A DNA stretch of 64,000 nt from the human T2T-CHM13v2.0 reference genome, Homo sapiens (GCF_009914755.1 NC_060926.1), one strand, 5' to 3'; positions 1-15,210 are shown, counted from the stretch's first letter. Notes: generated from the letters alone by a model not told the origin. Numbers and translations are program-made.

Positions 1-273
1 TATGATGAATGGCTTGTTCTCTCCATATCTGAGATGGAGAAAAAGTAAGATAATTCTGTAAATAAATTAAATCACTGTCTAGGAGACAGAAATCTGCTAT
101 AATCTTTTAAATATCCTTAAATACAGAAACATCTAATTCAAGGCAGAAAGATAAATCACAAATCTTACTCTTTTTTGTTTTAAAATAAAGACAAGAAATT
201 TCTTATACATACAGATGAGTTTTAAGTCAACTACATTTCTATCTTAGACAAAACTGTTTAAGAGCTCACCTAC

Positions 274-401
274 CTTAAAATATTCTACAAGATCTCTACA
301 AGTGACTTTAGATCCACTTATCTCTTTTTCTACCAAATTTTCAGGGGCAAGCAGCAATGGAACCAGATTTCGAAGCTCGCGTTTAAAGTCTTCATCAATA
401 T
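274..401 (-). CDS. ATL2: Atlastin-2 exon 9 (128 nt): (D)[42 protein letters not shown]
   Basis: Acceptor ttttctag|AT, donor AAG|gtaggt; manual translation; restores phase 0. Confidence 0.96.
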
Positions 402-1203
402 CTAGAAAACAAAAAATTGAGCAACATATTAGTCCAAAAAAAATTAGGTCCCCACTGGTACGATTTCATAAAATTCTGTTTTATGAAATAAGAATACATA
501 GTATCTATTACTGAAGTGGATTCATTTTTTAAAAAAAAGCTCATCCAACATGCCATATCTCATAGGAAAAAATATAATCCCCCTTACTCTACTAGCCCAT
601 TTTCCCCAACCCCCTAGTAACACTGCCAGTTCAAATAACAAATAAAACATCAATAAATTTGTGGACTACCAAGACAAATTTCACATTTAGTATTAACGAA
701 AATGTCCTTTTCAAGAGGCAAACAATTCATAAAATTGTATTAAATTTTACTACTAGATTATGTTTTACCAGCCATACTGTAAAAGTTTTGTCAATCCCCA
801 AATGTTTTGCCAACACACTCAAAATAATCCTACAACATACATAAACTGTACTATCACTCCTGAAACAGACACTTATATCTGATTTCATCAATATAATAAA
901 ATGATAAAGCCTTTTAGCAGACTGCAATCAATTGAAAAGAAATGCTCTCAGCCTTCAGAATTTTCAGGACATCACTGCTGAGCAACAGACATTATAAAAT
1001 AGGTTAATCAATATGCTAGACAGCTGCAAACAAATCAATGGAATGCTAGAGAAACAACACAGAGCATTACAACCACAACATGAACAATGCATCCAAACAT
1101 TCTCCAGTATAAGACAGGACATTTAAGGCGTCATGTATTTTCTTAAAAAACTTTCCACCTCTAATAAATAAGTTCAGATTTTAGCAAGAATGGGAATTCC
1201 CAC

Positions 1204-1342
1204 CTTTCAATCTCCCATCAAAACTAGGATTAGTTGCAACTTTAAGACCAGGATGTGGCAAAAGGAAGCAACCAAGATTTGAGAAACAATTGTGTATGTG
1301 CTTCCTTACATTCTGAAGCTCTTCATGTTGATTTTGTTTTAC
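1204..1342 (-). CDS. ATL2: Atlastin-2 exon 8 (139 nt): [46 protein letters not shown]
   Basis: Acceptor ccctcag|GTA, donor AAAG|gtggga; overlaps ORF 1181..1411. Confidence 0.96.
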
Positions 1343-1458
1343 CTGAGGGCGGAGAGAGACAGGTGAAATTGTAAACAGCAGAAAGAAAATTTTTTTAAAG
1401 AAAATGCACACAGACTCGCATGCACACTATGCACACTTAACTCAGATGGTACTCCTAA

Positions 1459-1821
<363 letters not shown>

Positions 1822-2276
1822 AACCCCACATTTTCTTAAACCACAAAAGATGTTTTTCCCAAGTAAGCTGCCTGGAACAGCAAAAACTACAAATAAGGTA
1901 GTTAATCACAGTATCTAATAACCAAATAACAAATTATGGCTGTGACTTATACACCAGTAAATAAATTAAGAATTTACCTTTAAAGTACTTACAACAGCAA
2001 CAAAACAGAACAAAACAAAAAAAAAAGTATAAATTTGCCTACAAATAAAAAGTTTAGCCCCTGAGCAAAGTAAAAGCTAAGATAAAAAAAATTACAGTGC
2101 AGTACAAAGACCTTAGAAATGTGTTAGAATTTCAGGTCCCTCTCTACATGATTATTTATGATTTATGCTAGTTACCAGAATTTTGAGAAGGGAAACTGCC
2201 ATGTATTAGGGGGAAAAAAATCTTAAACTTAGAAACATTTTAGATAATTACTCATTTATCCCAATATAACTCACAC

Positions 2277-2323
2277 AGTCTCCTAAACACTCTTCTGGAA
2301 GTCTCCTAAACACTCTTCTGGAA
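2277..2323. repeat. Perfect 23-bp tandem duplication
   Basis: agtctcctaaacactcttctgga x2. Confidence 0.95.
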
Positions 2324-2344
2324 AACAATTTTAACAAAATATGC

Positions 2345-2746
2345 GCTATTTATAATTAAAACCTGGAAACTACCTAAATCTCCCATCAACAGCAGAATGG
2401 AAAAACTGTTGTCTATTCATTCAATAGATACTATACAGCAATGAGAATAAATAAATTAAACTATATGCAACATGGATTAACCTCAGAAACATAATATTGG
2501 GTAAAAAAAGCTAGACTCAAATACATTCTGTATGTGATTCCATCCACATAAAGTACAAAAACAAAGCCTGTGAGAAGTCAGGATACTGGTAGAGGGTTTT
2601 GGGGGAAGGTTGCTGTATGGAGGTGAGTGCTTCTAGGTGCTGGCTAAATGGCTATGTTCATTTTTTATAAATTCATCAAGCTACACACTTATGATTTGAG
2701 CAATTTTCTGAATATATGTATAACATTTCAATAAAAAGTTAAAAAA
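2345..2746 (+). mobile_element. Old L1M (L1ME-like) 3' end fragment
   Basis: acctggaaactacctaaa...atcaagctacacacttatgattt...ttcaataaaaagttaaaaa resembles the L1ME 3'UTR. Confidence 0.7.
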
Positions 2747-3124
2747 CTTTCTTGTCTTTGAGTTACATAATTCTGAGTTTAGTTAGTATGTCTATTGTGC
2801 TTTGTGTTAATTTCTTCTGAACAAACCAGAAACAGAAAATGCTGATGACTGAAATTATTTCCAAAAGTGGGGTCTGGAAATGCCTTTCAAATAATCTAAG
2901 AATGTTGAATTGGTTTTAATCTCATTTTAAAACTAAAAGAAAATTATATCATACCCCAAGTCTTTAATGCAGTTGAGAAACCAAATGCATCATTCCCATA
3001 GACAAATAAAATCTTATCAATGAAAGACAGCACCCTCCTAATGAATAAAGGGGTCTTTATGTATCCTTTGTGTGTGTGAGTAGATGGGTAGCCTGTAAGT
3101 ATCTGACCTGCAGGTTTCCCAAAT

Positions 3125-3814
<690 letters not shown>

Positions 3815-4069
3815 CAAGTACTTCCATGGGGGGCTACCTTTAGGAATAAAGGATCATGATCCTTAATTTTGATTCAAGGACACTGTCTTCTTTGGTAGGA
3901 ATGCAACCACTTTACTTTTCATCAATTACAAACAGAGTCACTTGGGCTAACCTGGAATACTTTATTCCAACGACACGTAAATACTGGTAATGTGACCAGC
4001 AGTCCGGACAGCCCACCCGTTTGCCTAGCTTGGTGCTTATGTTCTCCTCTTTAAGCATTAGGGTCTTAC

Positions 4070-4162
4070 CTGTAATCTCTTTTCAAGAAATTGCTTTCCA
4101 CCTTCCAAACCATATGAATGTTCATAAGGATAGCTCCAATCTCGAATCAAAAACATTAATGT
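4070..4162 (-). CDS. ATL2: Atlastin-2 exon 7 (93 nt): [33 protein letters not shown] guanine-binding motif
   Basis: Acceptor gtgtatag|ACA, donor CAG|gtaaga; manual translation. Confidence 0.96.
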
Positions 4163-4591
4163 CTATACACAGAAAAAATAAAAATTGTTTATTTTACAAT
4201 AAAGAAAATTTACGAAAAAATCACAACTCTTAACAATTGAAGCCTCTCTTACTCTCCTAAACAATCCTTATCAAAAGTTATAGTAACTAAATGGTCAGTA
4301 CTGGTCATGGTTATATCAAGGACCCACTTAAACAACATTCTCAGGCCCTATACCAAGCAATCGCTGCCACTGAAGAACTTCACTAAATATAAAGAAAGAG
4401 TCACCACAAGCAGTAATACAGGACTTTAAAAATGAAAAATGGGTGTATCAGGACACACGGATCATAATTTTAAATCATGGTTGTGTAACTACAAGACCAA
4501 CTAATTCTAGATGGCTATCTAGACTGATTATAGATCTGGGGTCAATAAGGACATTTTCACTCACAGAGGATGTTTTTACTCATATAGGGTT

Positions 4592-4828
4592 AGATTTCTC
4601 AACTGCTGACATTTTGGGTCAGCACTGCTGACATTTTGGGTCAGTTAATTCTTAGTTGTGTGTGGCTGTCCTGTGTATTGTAGAACGTTGAACCATATTT
4701 CTGGCCTCTATATGCTAGATACCAAGAGGCACTAAGCTCTCCCACAAAACTGTGACAACCAAAAATGTCTCCAGACATTAGCAAATGTCCCCTTGGGTGG
4801 CAAAATGATCCCAGTTCAGAAAAAACTG
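4592..4828 (-). mobile_element. MER20 (hAT-Charlie) with an internal 21-bp duplication at 4602-4644
   Basis: tgtgacaaccaaaaatgtctccagacatt...aaatgtcccc is diagnostic of MER20. Confidence 0.85.
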
Positions 4829-5529
4829 ATATAGGCCAAATAGGGTATATTTCACCTATATATCCAAAAACGAAGGCATCATCTGCTCAACTACTTAATA
4901 AAAGTGACCATACTAGCCAGACAAGAGTGAGGCAGAATCAATGTAAACCCATTAAGATTAACAATCAGTAGCAATGCTGTCATACCGGAAAGGCTTCACA
5001 CACTTAGGAGCAAACATGGTAGAGTCATGCTCTCCTACTGTAACTGCAGCTCACCAAACAGTATTAATGGCAACTTACAAATTACACTTGCTTCAAAAAA
5101 TAAACTATCTGGAACTTTTCTATATGAAACCAAAATAAAGAGTAACAGAACTAATTTCAACTTGTAGTAAACCACAAAAAAGAAACCTGTAACATTCTGT
5201 AGTTACCACGTATAAAAAAAAAATGGCATGACTGTCATATATTTCCTATTGTCTTAAGTTTAGAATAACATCTGTTAAGAGAAACATTACTCCCCTTAAT
5301 CTAAGTGAAAGCATTAAGAATTAGCCTAGATTCATTTATTCTATTTATCCTGTTCGCCTATTACTGATAAGTATGCTGATGATACTACCAAAGGTTAGTT
5401 TCGATTGCACTGAATCTGTTGCTAGCAATGAGTCTATTGTAATATCCTGGTGTCTCCAAAATTACAAACTGAGGTGGCTTCACAACTTCTCATAGGCTAA
5501 TCTTTAAAATGTTAGAATAACTTTTTTAC

Positions 5530-5586
5530 CTGAAATGGTTTCTGGTAGATTTCTTCCATCGCAAGTCTTCCATACTCTGTAAATAA
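5530..5586 (-). CDS. ATL2: Atlastin-2 exon 6 (57 nt): LFTEYGRLAMEEIYQKPFQ
   Basis: Acceptor tttaatag|TTA, donor CAG|gtaaaa; manual translation. Confidence 0.96.
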
Positions 5587-5890
5587 CTATTAAATAGAGT
5601 TAGTTAAAATAATGCCTCTAAAGAGATTGAAAGAAGACATGTGTAAACCTGTTCCACACCAAAGCTCCAGGTACCAGAACCTTTAAAATCATTTCAAAGC
5701 CAAACATTTAATTTTCTAACACACTAGGTATGTACAAAATTTCTTCCAGTTAAGAAGTCATACACCAGTTTAAACCCATATAACATTCAATCGTGTTACC
5801 AGTATTATAGGCTTCCAAGTGTAAATTCATAATAAAGTGAGAATTAAATTTCAATAGTTGGCACATTTTCTTTAAGAAATATGTGCTCGC

Positions 5891-6192
<302 letters not shown>

Positions 6193-6205
6193 AAGAAATA
6201 CGTAC

Positions 6206-6256
6206 TTGCAAATGTTGAAGATCATCTTCTTGAATATTCTGAGACAGATTATATAC
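6206..6256 (-). CDS. ATL2: Atlastin-2 exon 5 (51 nt): [17 protein letters not shown]
   Basis: Acceptor tttcaacag|GTA, donor CAA|gtacgt; start of ORF 5750..6268. Confidence 0.96.
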
Positions 6257-8932
6257 CTGTTGAAACAAAATTTATTTTGTTTTTTATTAGTGTTTTGTTC
6301 TGAATACCCAGCTTCTGTATAACTTTACTTGTGGAAAAAAGGTTATTTTGTACCTCAGCGCAAAGGAATCATTTAACTACTATCTTGACAACTGACATGT
6401 GAAAAGGATTTTCTCTTTTTTCCTAACAATAGTCAAGATAGAATATTAAGGAAGAAGCAGTGGTGGTAAAATATGCAAAAAGCATGAATATATGTATACT
6501 CATGGCCTAAAAGTGGTAGAAGAACAAGTGTGGTATCTAGTAGGTTTCTTGTACTCCTTCTCTAAGCTCCTTAATGTTAAGATACGATCATTTTTTAAAG
6601 AGTGTAGGTTATTTCCACCATCATTTTTCTAAATTAGTGAATATAAGGGGCAACAGTTTACAAAGATAAATTCTTCCCTGGTACAATCAGAGTATACAGT
6701 TACTCAGGGGTACCTCCACTACTACTGACTCTAGTGTGGTTCTCTTTTTACTCACACTCCTCAGTTTACTTACTCATCAGTTTTCACTTACACTCAACAT
6801 GACAATTTTACTGGCCTGTGGAAGCTAATAAAAGTAACAGTAGGTGGCACTCTTGCCCTTTCCAGAATTTTTTGGAGGAGACTAGAGTTGATAAAGGAGG
6901 GTCTAAGTATCCTCAGGAAACGGGGATTTTCATCCATTAATTCTAAGACAGATCTTTAGACAGTAATCTACACTGCCACAGGAGAAAAGTGGCCATCAAC
7001 AAATATCACCTCTGCTAAGAAATAACTTACATCTTAGGAACCAGGGTGACTCCGAAGAGAGAACAATCTGTTCTAGGAGCAAATAAGTGATACTCTGGCT
7101 AAACCACTTGGAGGTCAAGAATATAGTCAATTTAGGCCAGCAAACCTAAAATGATATTCTTAGCTACTAATTCCAAACAAGGATTTAAAAAGTAATTGAT
7201 GACTGAGGTGATTAAACTTTAGATTTTAACATAAACCCTGACACCATGACCAACCTATGTGGGCCTCTGCTTTTAGAAAATAGGTCTGGATCCTTTCATT
7301 GTCAGGGCCAGGTTGCAAACAGCAAACAGAGAAAGAGATTTATTTAACTTAGATCATTAGTACTTAGCATACTGTCTTGTATGTAACAGGTGCTCAGTAT
7401 GTATTTGTTGAAGGAATAAATGACAAGAAGATCAAATTATCATTTATCTATCAGCCAGATATCTTACATAAGGAAAGAAAACTACCCCCCCCACCCAAAG
7501 GCAAGGAAGAAAATAATCATAATCTTAATCTTCTTGGTTATTTATACTTTACAAAGCACTTTCATATGCATTATCTCATTTAGCTCTCATTTCTGACTGC
7601 ACACAACAACCACATCCAAGATAGGCAAGATGAGTAAAACTCATTTTACAGACAACAAAGTGGCTGCACAGCTTTAAGTGGCTGTCTAAAACCAGGTCTC
7701 TTACTATCAAAAAGTTGAATAAATAAACAAAAAAAGACTAAGGGATAAGTTTTAGGACAGAGAACTCGAGAACTCCCTCTAGAGCCAGCTAACCTGAGGG
7801 GCTTCTGCTTGCTTCAAGGGAATCACAGTTGTGCCATCTTGCAAGATCAGAGAAAAAAAGAGACTTAGAGGGTCCCCACCAGCGTCACTTAGTGGGTAAT
7901 GACAAATATCCCAACCCTATAATAAACTGAAGCCAAGCTGAAGAGTATTCTTCTTTTAGCTCAGGTTAACAGCCAACCTTCTTTCCACTCTGATGGCTAG
8001 GTACTTCAAACTGAGGAAGGAGGAAAATGGGAGCTTAGAGAGACGAGTCATATGTTCCAGACATTACTGGAAAGCATAAAAAAATCCAAGACACTGTGAC
8101 AGCATCACCTATGATCTACCATTGATAAGAACAATTTCTTATCTTGGGAGGATCACATACCCATTTTAAAAAAATATTTGCAAATATACTTCTTGATACA
8201 CCATCACCAGCTGGGCCTAACCGCCATACTTCAATAATTCATTTTTCAGAGATGTATCAGCCACAGATGATCTCAGAAAAGAAAAAGTAAAGAAACACCA
8301 AATGACATGTGGTAGTTTAATTCAGTCCAATCCATCTAAATTATACAGAAAAGAAATGGCCTAGCCTGAAGAAACTAGAACCGGACAGAACACCAAACAC
8401 AATTTGAATATAAGTGAAAAAGAGAAGGGATTTTATCCCTTCCTAAATGAAGGTGCTAAAAATCCTCAGTTTATTATTACATAAGCCTTGTCTGGGTTTC
8501 CTAAATTAAACATTAAGTAATTACTCTGCTTTTATCTCCTTTAGTTCAAATAACTGAGTACCACTTGTCATAGATACAGAATAAAAAACTAGACTTCTAA
8601 GCCTAATTACCTGGGTTTTTTGTTTGTTTTAGCCAAAAAAACAAAAATATACTCTCCATATTACTGTGTCTGGTAGCCATCTATCTGATTTCAATTACAG
8701 ATAACATGTGATATCTTTTCCTTTAAAAAAAAAAAGTATGTATTCCATAATGAAAAACTAAAGAGACTGGTTGTTGGTTTATTGCATCCTTTGTAACTAT
8801 CCAAAGTACAAAATTTCACATCATAAGCCAGAAAACCATGCATGGAAATGTAAATAACCAATAAGAAATGTAAATAGCTCTCAAGAAATGTAAATAGCTT
8901 CCTTTTTTTTCCCTTCAATCAAAAGGCATTTT

Positions 8933-9095
8933 GCCAGCACAAGGTGGCATATGCTGACAGTCCCAGCTACTCAGGAGGCTGAGGCAGGAGGATCACTTCA
9001 GCCCAAAAGCTAGAGTGTGCATGATCACACCCATGAATAGCCACTGCACTCCAACCTGGGCAACATAGTGAGAATCCATCTCAAAAAAAATTAAA
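8933..9095 (+). mobile_element. FAM (fossil Alu monomer)
   Basis: 7SL-like ...tgaatagccactgcactcc...ggcaacatagtgaga; TSD aaaaggcatttt. Confidence 0.8.
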
Positions 9096-9118
9096 AAGGC
9101 ATTTTCAAGAGGTGCAAA

Positions 9119-9406
<288 letters not shown>

Positions 9407-9457
9407 GGGGCCAAATGATTACGTGAACTGATCGCACCACTTAATCTTGTGTCTCAC

Positions 9458-9562
9458 CTGGACAGAGCTAGTCATAGTGCTCAGAGCAAACACCGTTGCA
9501 CAGTCTTTGATAGTTGACTGGCTATCAAAGGCACCCTGGGTATCCATAAGCAGCACAGCAAC
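9458..9562 (-). CDS. ATL2: Atlastin-2 exon 4 (105 nt): [36 protein letters not shown]3 DTQG
   Basis: Acceptor ttcctag|GTT, donor CAG|gtgaga; manual translation (not in ORF track). Confidence 0.97.
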
Positions 9563-9807
9563 CTAGGAATTTGAGAGTTTAAAATATTTAGTAAAACAGT
9601 TGCCAAAAATGACTATAAAAAAAATCAAATGATAAATTTGAAAAGCAGTAATTAAATCAAGAAAAGTACTTATATCTCATACATTTGACATAATAATCCG
9701 TATGTTAAAGTTATCAAACATTAATAGTTCTGTGTTGTTTTGATTTTTAATACTGGAAAATAGCCCAAGAAAGAATACAGGGTAGAAAAGTATAAACAGA
9801 ATTTTAC

Positions 9808-9942
9808 TTTAGTTCCATTAGGTCTGTCAATCACAAATACTTCATTCCAAACTTGTATGCCTGTTGTTTCTCTTTCACAGCCACCTCGCCATGTAAAGCC
9901 TGTCAATGGTTCATTGTTTCCACCAATCCAACTTTGAGAATC
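9808..9942 (-). CDS. ATL2: Atlastin-2 exon 3 (135 nt): [45 protein letters not shown], switch I
   Basis: Acceptor tttaacag|GAT, donor AAA|gtaaaa; overlaps ORF 9721..9906. Confidence 0.97.
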
Positions 9943-10239
9943 CTGTTAAAGTCAAGGATAAATGTAAAATACAACACAATTAAGAAATAAAAGAAACCAA
10001 AAAATCACCCATTCTTTATTTTACAGATGGGGAAGCTAAACCCGGAAAGACAAAAAAAACACTGTGTAACAAACAAGTAGTTACAAAGCAGTCCTTAAAT
10101 CCCATGTGGGGTTCTTTTTCTTATAGAGACGTGGTCTCCTCCAAACTCGAATCTTCTCAAATCAGCTCACACTACTACTCTCTAGGCTTCTAAATAAGTG
10201 GGGTTATACTCACTTTCCCCCTTTTCTGAAAGATATCCT

Positions 10240-10563
10240 GGCTGGGCATGACAGCTCATGCCTGTAATCCCAGCACTTTGGGAGGCTGAAGTGGGCATAT
10301 CACTTGAGGCCAGGAATTTGAGACCAGCCTGGCCAACGTGGCAAAACGCCATCTTTACAAAAAGTACAAAAATTAGCCAGGCGTGGCGGCACACTCCTGT
10401 AGTCCCGGCTACTCAGCAGGCTGAGGTAGGAGGATCACCTGAACCTGGGAGGTTGAGGCTACAGTGAGCTGAGATTGTGCCACTATACTCCAGCCTGGGT
10501 GACAGAGTGAGATCCTGCCTCAAAAACAAAAAAAAAAAAAGAGAGAGAGAGAGAGAGACAGAG
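10240..10563 (+). mobile_element. AluJ-like with (GA)n tail
   Basis: Alu body with gaggatcacctgaacctgggaggttgaggct in the right arm. Confidence 0.88.
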
Positions 10564-10749
10564 AAATATTTCCTAAAATGTTAAAAATCATAAAAAACTC
10601 GGCACCAATTATTTTAACATGTTGTTACACAGATAAGCAAAACTAAGTTCCAGGTAGAATGACTGTCAAAACAGCACTGCTTTCTCAGAATAGCTTACAA
10701 TAAGTTTTCATACTGCCTTCATTTCCTCTTTAAAAAATAATCAATTTTA

Positions 10750-11050
10750 GGCTGGGTGCAGTGGCTCATGCCTGTAACCCTAGCACTTTGGGAGGACGAG
10801 GCAGGTGGCTCACCTGAGGTCAGGAGTTCGAGACCAGCCTGGCCAACATGGCGAAACTCCATCTCTACTAAAAATACAAAAATTAGCCAGGTGTTGTGGC
10901 ATATGCCTATAATCCCAGCTACTCAGGAGGCTCAGGCAAGAGAATCACTTGAACCCGTGGGCAGAGGTTGCAGTGAGCAGAGATCGCGCCACTGCACTCC
11001 AGCCTGGCCAAAAGAGCGAAACTCCGTCTCAAAAACAAAAACAAAAAAAA
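10750..11050 (+). mobile_element. AluS
   Basis: Alu body; TSD ~aatcaattt. Confidence 0.9.
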
Positions 11051-11074
11051 TCAATTTAAAAAATAACCCCAAGA

Positions 11075-11430
11075 CTTGTTTGGAGCCTGATTTAAACAAA
11101 CCATCTATTTAAAACGTCTTTTTTAAACCAACAGGAAAATATGAACCCAAACTGGTTATCTCATTAGATGGTGTTAAATTAGGGTAAGGAAGATTGTTTG
11201 GTGTGCTAATGATACTGTGGTTAGGAAAAAAAAGAGTCCTTATCTATTAGATACTCAAGTATCTGCAGTGAAAGGATATGCCTGGCATTTGCTTTAAAAT
11301 ATTCCGGGAGGTAAGGAAAAAAGAGAACAGATAAAACAAGACCAGCAAAATGTTGACAAATACATTGGAGTTCATTATACAATTCTCTTTATTTTAGGGT
11401 ATGTTTAAAATTTTCCATAATAAAAGTTTT
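11075..11430 (+). mobile_element. Old L1ME-like 3' fragment
   Basis: ggagttcattatac...tttaaaattttccataataaaagtttt ending. Confidence 0.6.
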
Positions 11431-11704
11431 TAACTAGAACCACAGGGCTAAATTGTTATTATGAAATAATACAAAAGTTAACATATAAGGTAATTTTTCT
11501 AGAAAATTAAATGTGGGACATAATAAATGAGTACCTTTGACAGACGTCAAGATCCCTATACTTTAGTATACTTAAAGCCCACATAGCCTTTACTCAATGT
11601 ACCCCACAGGAAAAACGCCTTTGTTTCAGAAATACTTCTAATAAGCTTGGATATCTAGTCTAAAACAAATTACAAAGCGTGAATTAGGAGTGGAGAGATG
11701 GTTA

Positions 11705-12129
<425 letters not shown>

Positions 12130-12623
12130 TCAGACCATCACCTAACATAGCCTTAAACTTCAAACCATCTTTAATTATTATTATTATTCCACAAAACTCC
12201 CATCACCAGTAGGCCACCAATCCTATCAATTACAAACTTCTCTTGGATTCATTTCTTTTTCTTCAGTTTTCAATACCTACAACTTAAAGACCTCATCTAT
12301 GCTGGTCAGAAGGGGCTGCCACCTGAGACAATTCCATTCACAGTATATATGATGGACTTGTGTTTCAGGAGGCACCCTTCACAGGAATCAGAAGATTATT
12401 TTGACACTCCCCGGACAAGTAAAACTGGTGATCCTGCCCCTTGACTACATATTTGGATACTTCATATTGGTCTCTATGCAACTCCTGCTCTATCCTCTAA
12501 CCCATTTTTCCATAGTCACTGAATGTTCACAAGAAATGTAATCGTGCCACTGTCCTGCTGAAAAGTCATCTGTGGCTCCGCACTACCAATAAGACCATCT
12601 GGAGATCTGCTGCATAACAATCC

Positions 12624-12851
12624 TTTTTTCTCTTTTTCTTTTTTTTCTTTTTTTGAGACAGGGTCTCACTCTGTCACCCAGGCTGGAGAGCAGTGGCACA
12701 ATCAGAACTCAATGAAGCCTCATCCTCCCGGACTCAAAGGATCCTCCTACCTCAGCCTCCTAAGTAGCTGGGACTGCAGGTGCACACCACCACACCTGGC
12801 TGATTTTGGTATTTTTTGTAGAGAGGGGGTTTCGCCACGTTGCCCAGGCTG
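12624..12851 (-). mobile_element. AluJ, partial
   Basis: Poly-T plus reverse right arm and part of the left arm. Confidence 0.85.
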
Positions 12852-13636
12852 ATAACAATCCATCTTTAATTTACTCTTCTTGTCTGTGCTCCTGATACTC
12901 CCCATAGATCTCAACACACATCTTCCTGATTCTACCATACCAAAAAAAGTTACCATTTATAAGGAGTTACCTTTATATGGTTTTGCAGTTTTTTTGTGAG
13001 TCTCTTGAGAGCAAAGGCTACAAACAATCATCTTTGTTCACCAAACTGCTCCTATCAAAGTGCCTTGCACTGTTGTAAGTTCTGACATGGAGAATCTCAT
13101 TCCCCCACAATGTCAAAAAAAAAAAAATCTGGTACTTAATGAATTTATTATTTGTAAAAGTTACAGGCTACACAAATAATTCCTCTAAGAGAACTCTGGT
13201 TTTACTCTACATTTTACTTATTTCTATCTCCTCTACAAGAAGGTAAGTTTCACAAAAGTTTTGTTTGTTTCATTCTTACAAGTATTCCCATCACAGAGAA
13301 GTGTGCCTGGCTTGTAGTAGGTACTCTAAGTATTTCTTAAACAAACAAAAAAGTTTACTTATAAGCTTCAATGTACTCCCTTTTGAGCATGGGTAATAAA
13401 TCCAGAAGAAATATGATCTTTGTTATTATTCCTAGAAACAATACAATCATAAAAAGACAGTAAAAATAAATTTTTATAAGTATAGATGACTGAAATCATA
13501 GGCTTATATGTTTGCCAGCCCCCTCTTCCAAAGAAACTTTAAAAAGAATTGGTGTCTCATAAAAATCTACTATGTATCATCTCTTCCTAGGTTACCTTGT
13601 AATGGAAATGTTTAAAAAAAAATACTAACCTGATTA

Positions 13637-13822
<186 letters not shown>

Positions 13823-13925
13823 AAGATGAAAAAATAAATCAGAGAACTAATCAGATTCTTTAAAACGTGTAAAAGTGTATAATTTCTCTAACATAGTGAA
13901 CACTGACAGCTTTCATAAAATACAG

Positions 13926-14040
13926 TCATTCATTCATTAAATATTTGTGGAACCTCTACCATGTGCCAGCCATTTTTCTAGGGATACAGCAGTGAACAAG
14001 AATAAACATTCCTGCCCACAAAGAGAATTTTAGTGGGAGC
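13926..14040 (-). mobile_element. L2 3' end
   Basis: tcattcattcattaaatatttgtgga...atgtgccag...gatacagcagtgaacaag. Confidence 0.75.
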
Positions 14041-14273
14041 TAAAGGCAGCCTTGCTGATAACAGACCCTATTTGCTGTGATAATTTACTAAAAGCAAACC
14101 TAAAAACTCAAAAACACTAATCTGATACTATTTACTACTATGGAGACAAAAGCCTCAAAACTCAGAAATGCAAAAGTAATCCTATTCCACCAGAAATATA
14201 AAGTAAATAGGAAAAAAAGAAGTATTTATAGAATAAAACTCAACTGCAAAAGGCAATCTGAAATCACCAGAAG

Positions 14274-14427
14274 TTTTTTTTTTTTTTTTTTTTTTTTTTG
14301 AGATGGGGTCTCACTTGCTATGTTGCCCAGGCCGGTCTTGAACTCTTGAGCTCAAGCAATCCTCCCACCTCAGCACCTCAGCCTCTCAAAGTGCTGGGAT
14401 TACAAGCATGAGCCACCATGCCCAGCC
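14274..14427 (-). mobile_element. FLAM_C-like Alu monomer
   Basis: Poly-T plus reverse left monomer. Confidence 0.85.
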
Positions 14428-14918
14428 TGAAGTTTAAGTATAATCAAATAGTGAATAAATACAGCCCTTGCCAAAAAGACGTTCTACATAATATAATTAT
14501 CAGCAATTAAGAAACCTTACCTATTCTAAACAGTAAGAAACAAATTCATATTTTACCAAAGGAAAGGTATACTCCCTAGCAACAAAGTGAAACAACTATG
14601 TAACCATTTATTTAGTTAGTTAGACAGAGAGAAAGAAAACGAGACAGACAGACACAGACAGGGTCTTGCTCTATCACCCAAGCTGGAGAGCAATGGCACG
14701 ATCATAGCTCACTGTCCTCGACATCCTGGGCTCAAGTGATCAAAGGGTTGGTTGTCCTGCCAGGCCTACATGTATCAGAGCACACCCGCTCCTGACTGCT
14801 GGCAAGCTGACTCCCTTTCACAATGGATAGGCTGGAAGAATAAAGGTTCATACAAAAGCCATAAATCATCACAACTGGGAGTAAAAGGAATAAAAAGAAT
14901 GAAATTAAGATCCAAGTG

Positions 14919-15210
<292 letters not shown>

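Noticed and set aside
8933-9095. Possible 7SL RNA gene
   Set aside because: Lacks the S domain and has an A-tail and TSD, so it is a FAM retrocopy.
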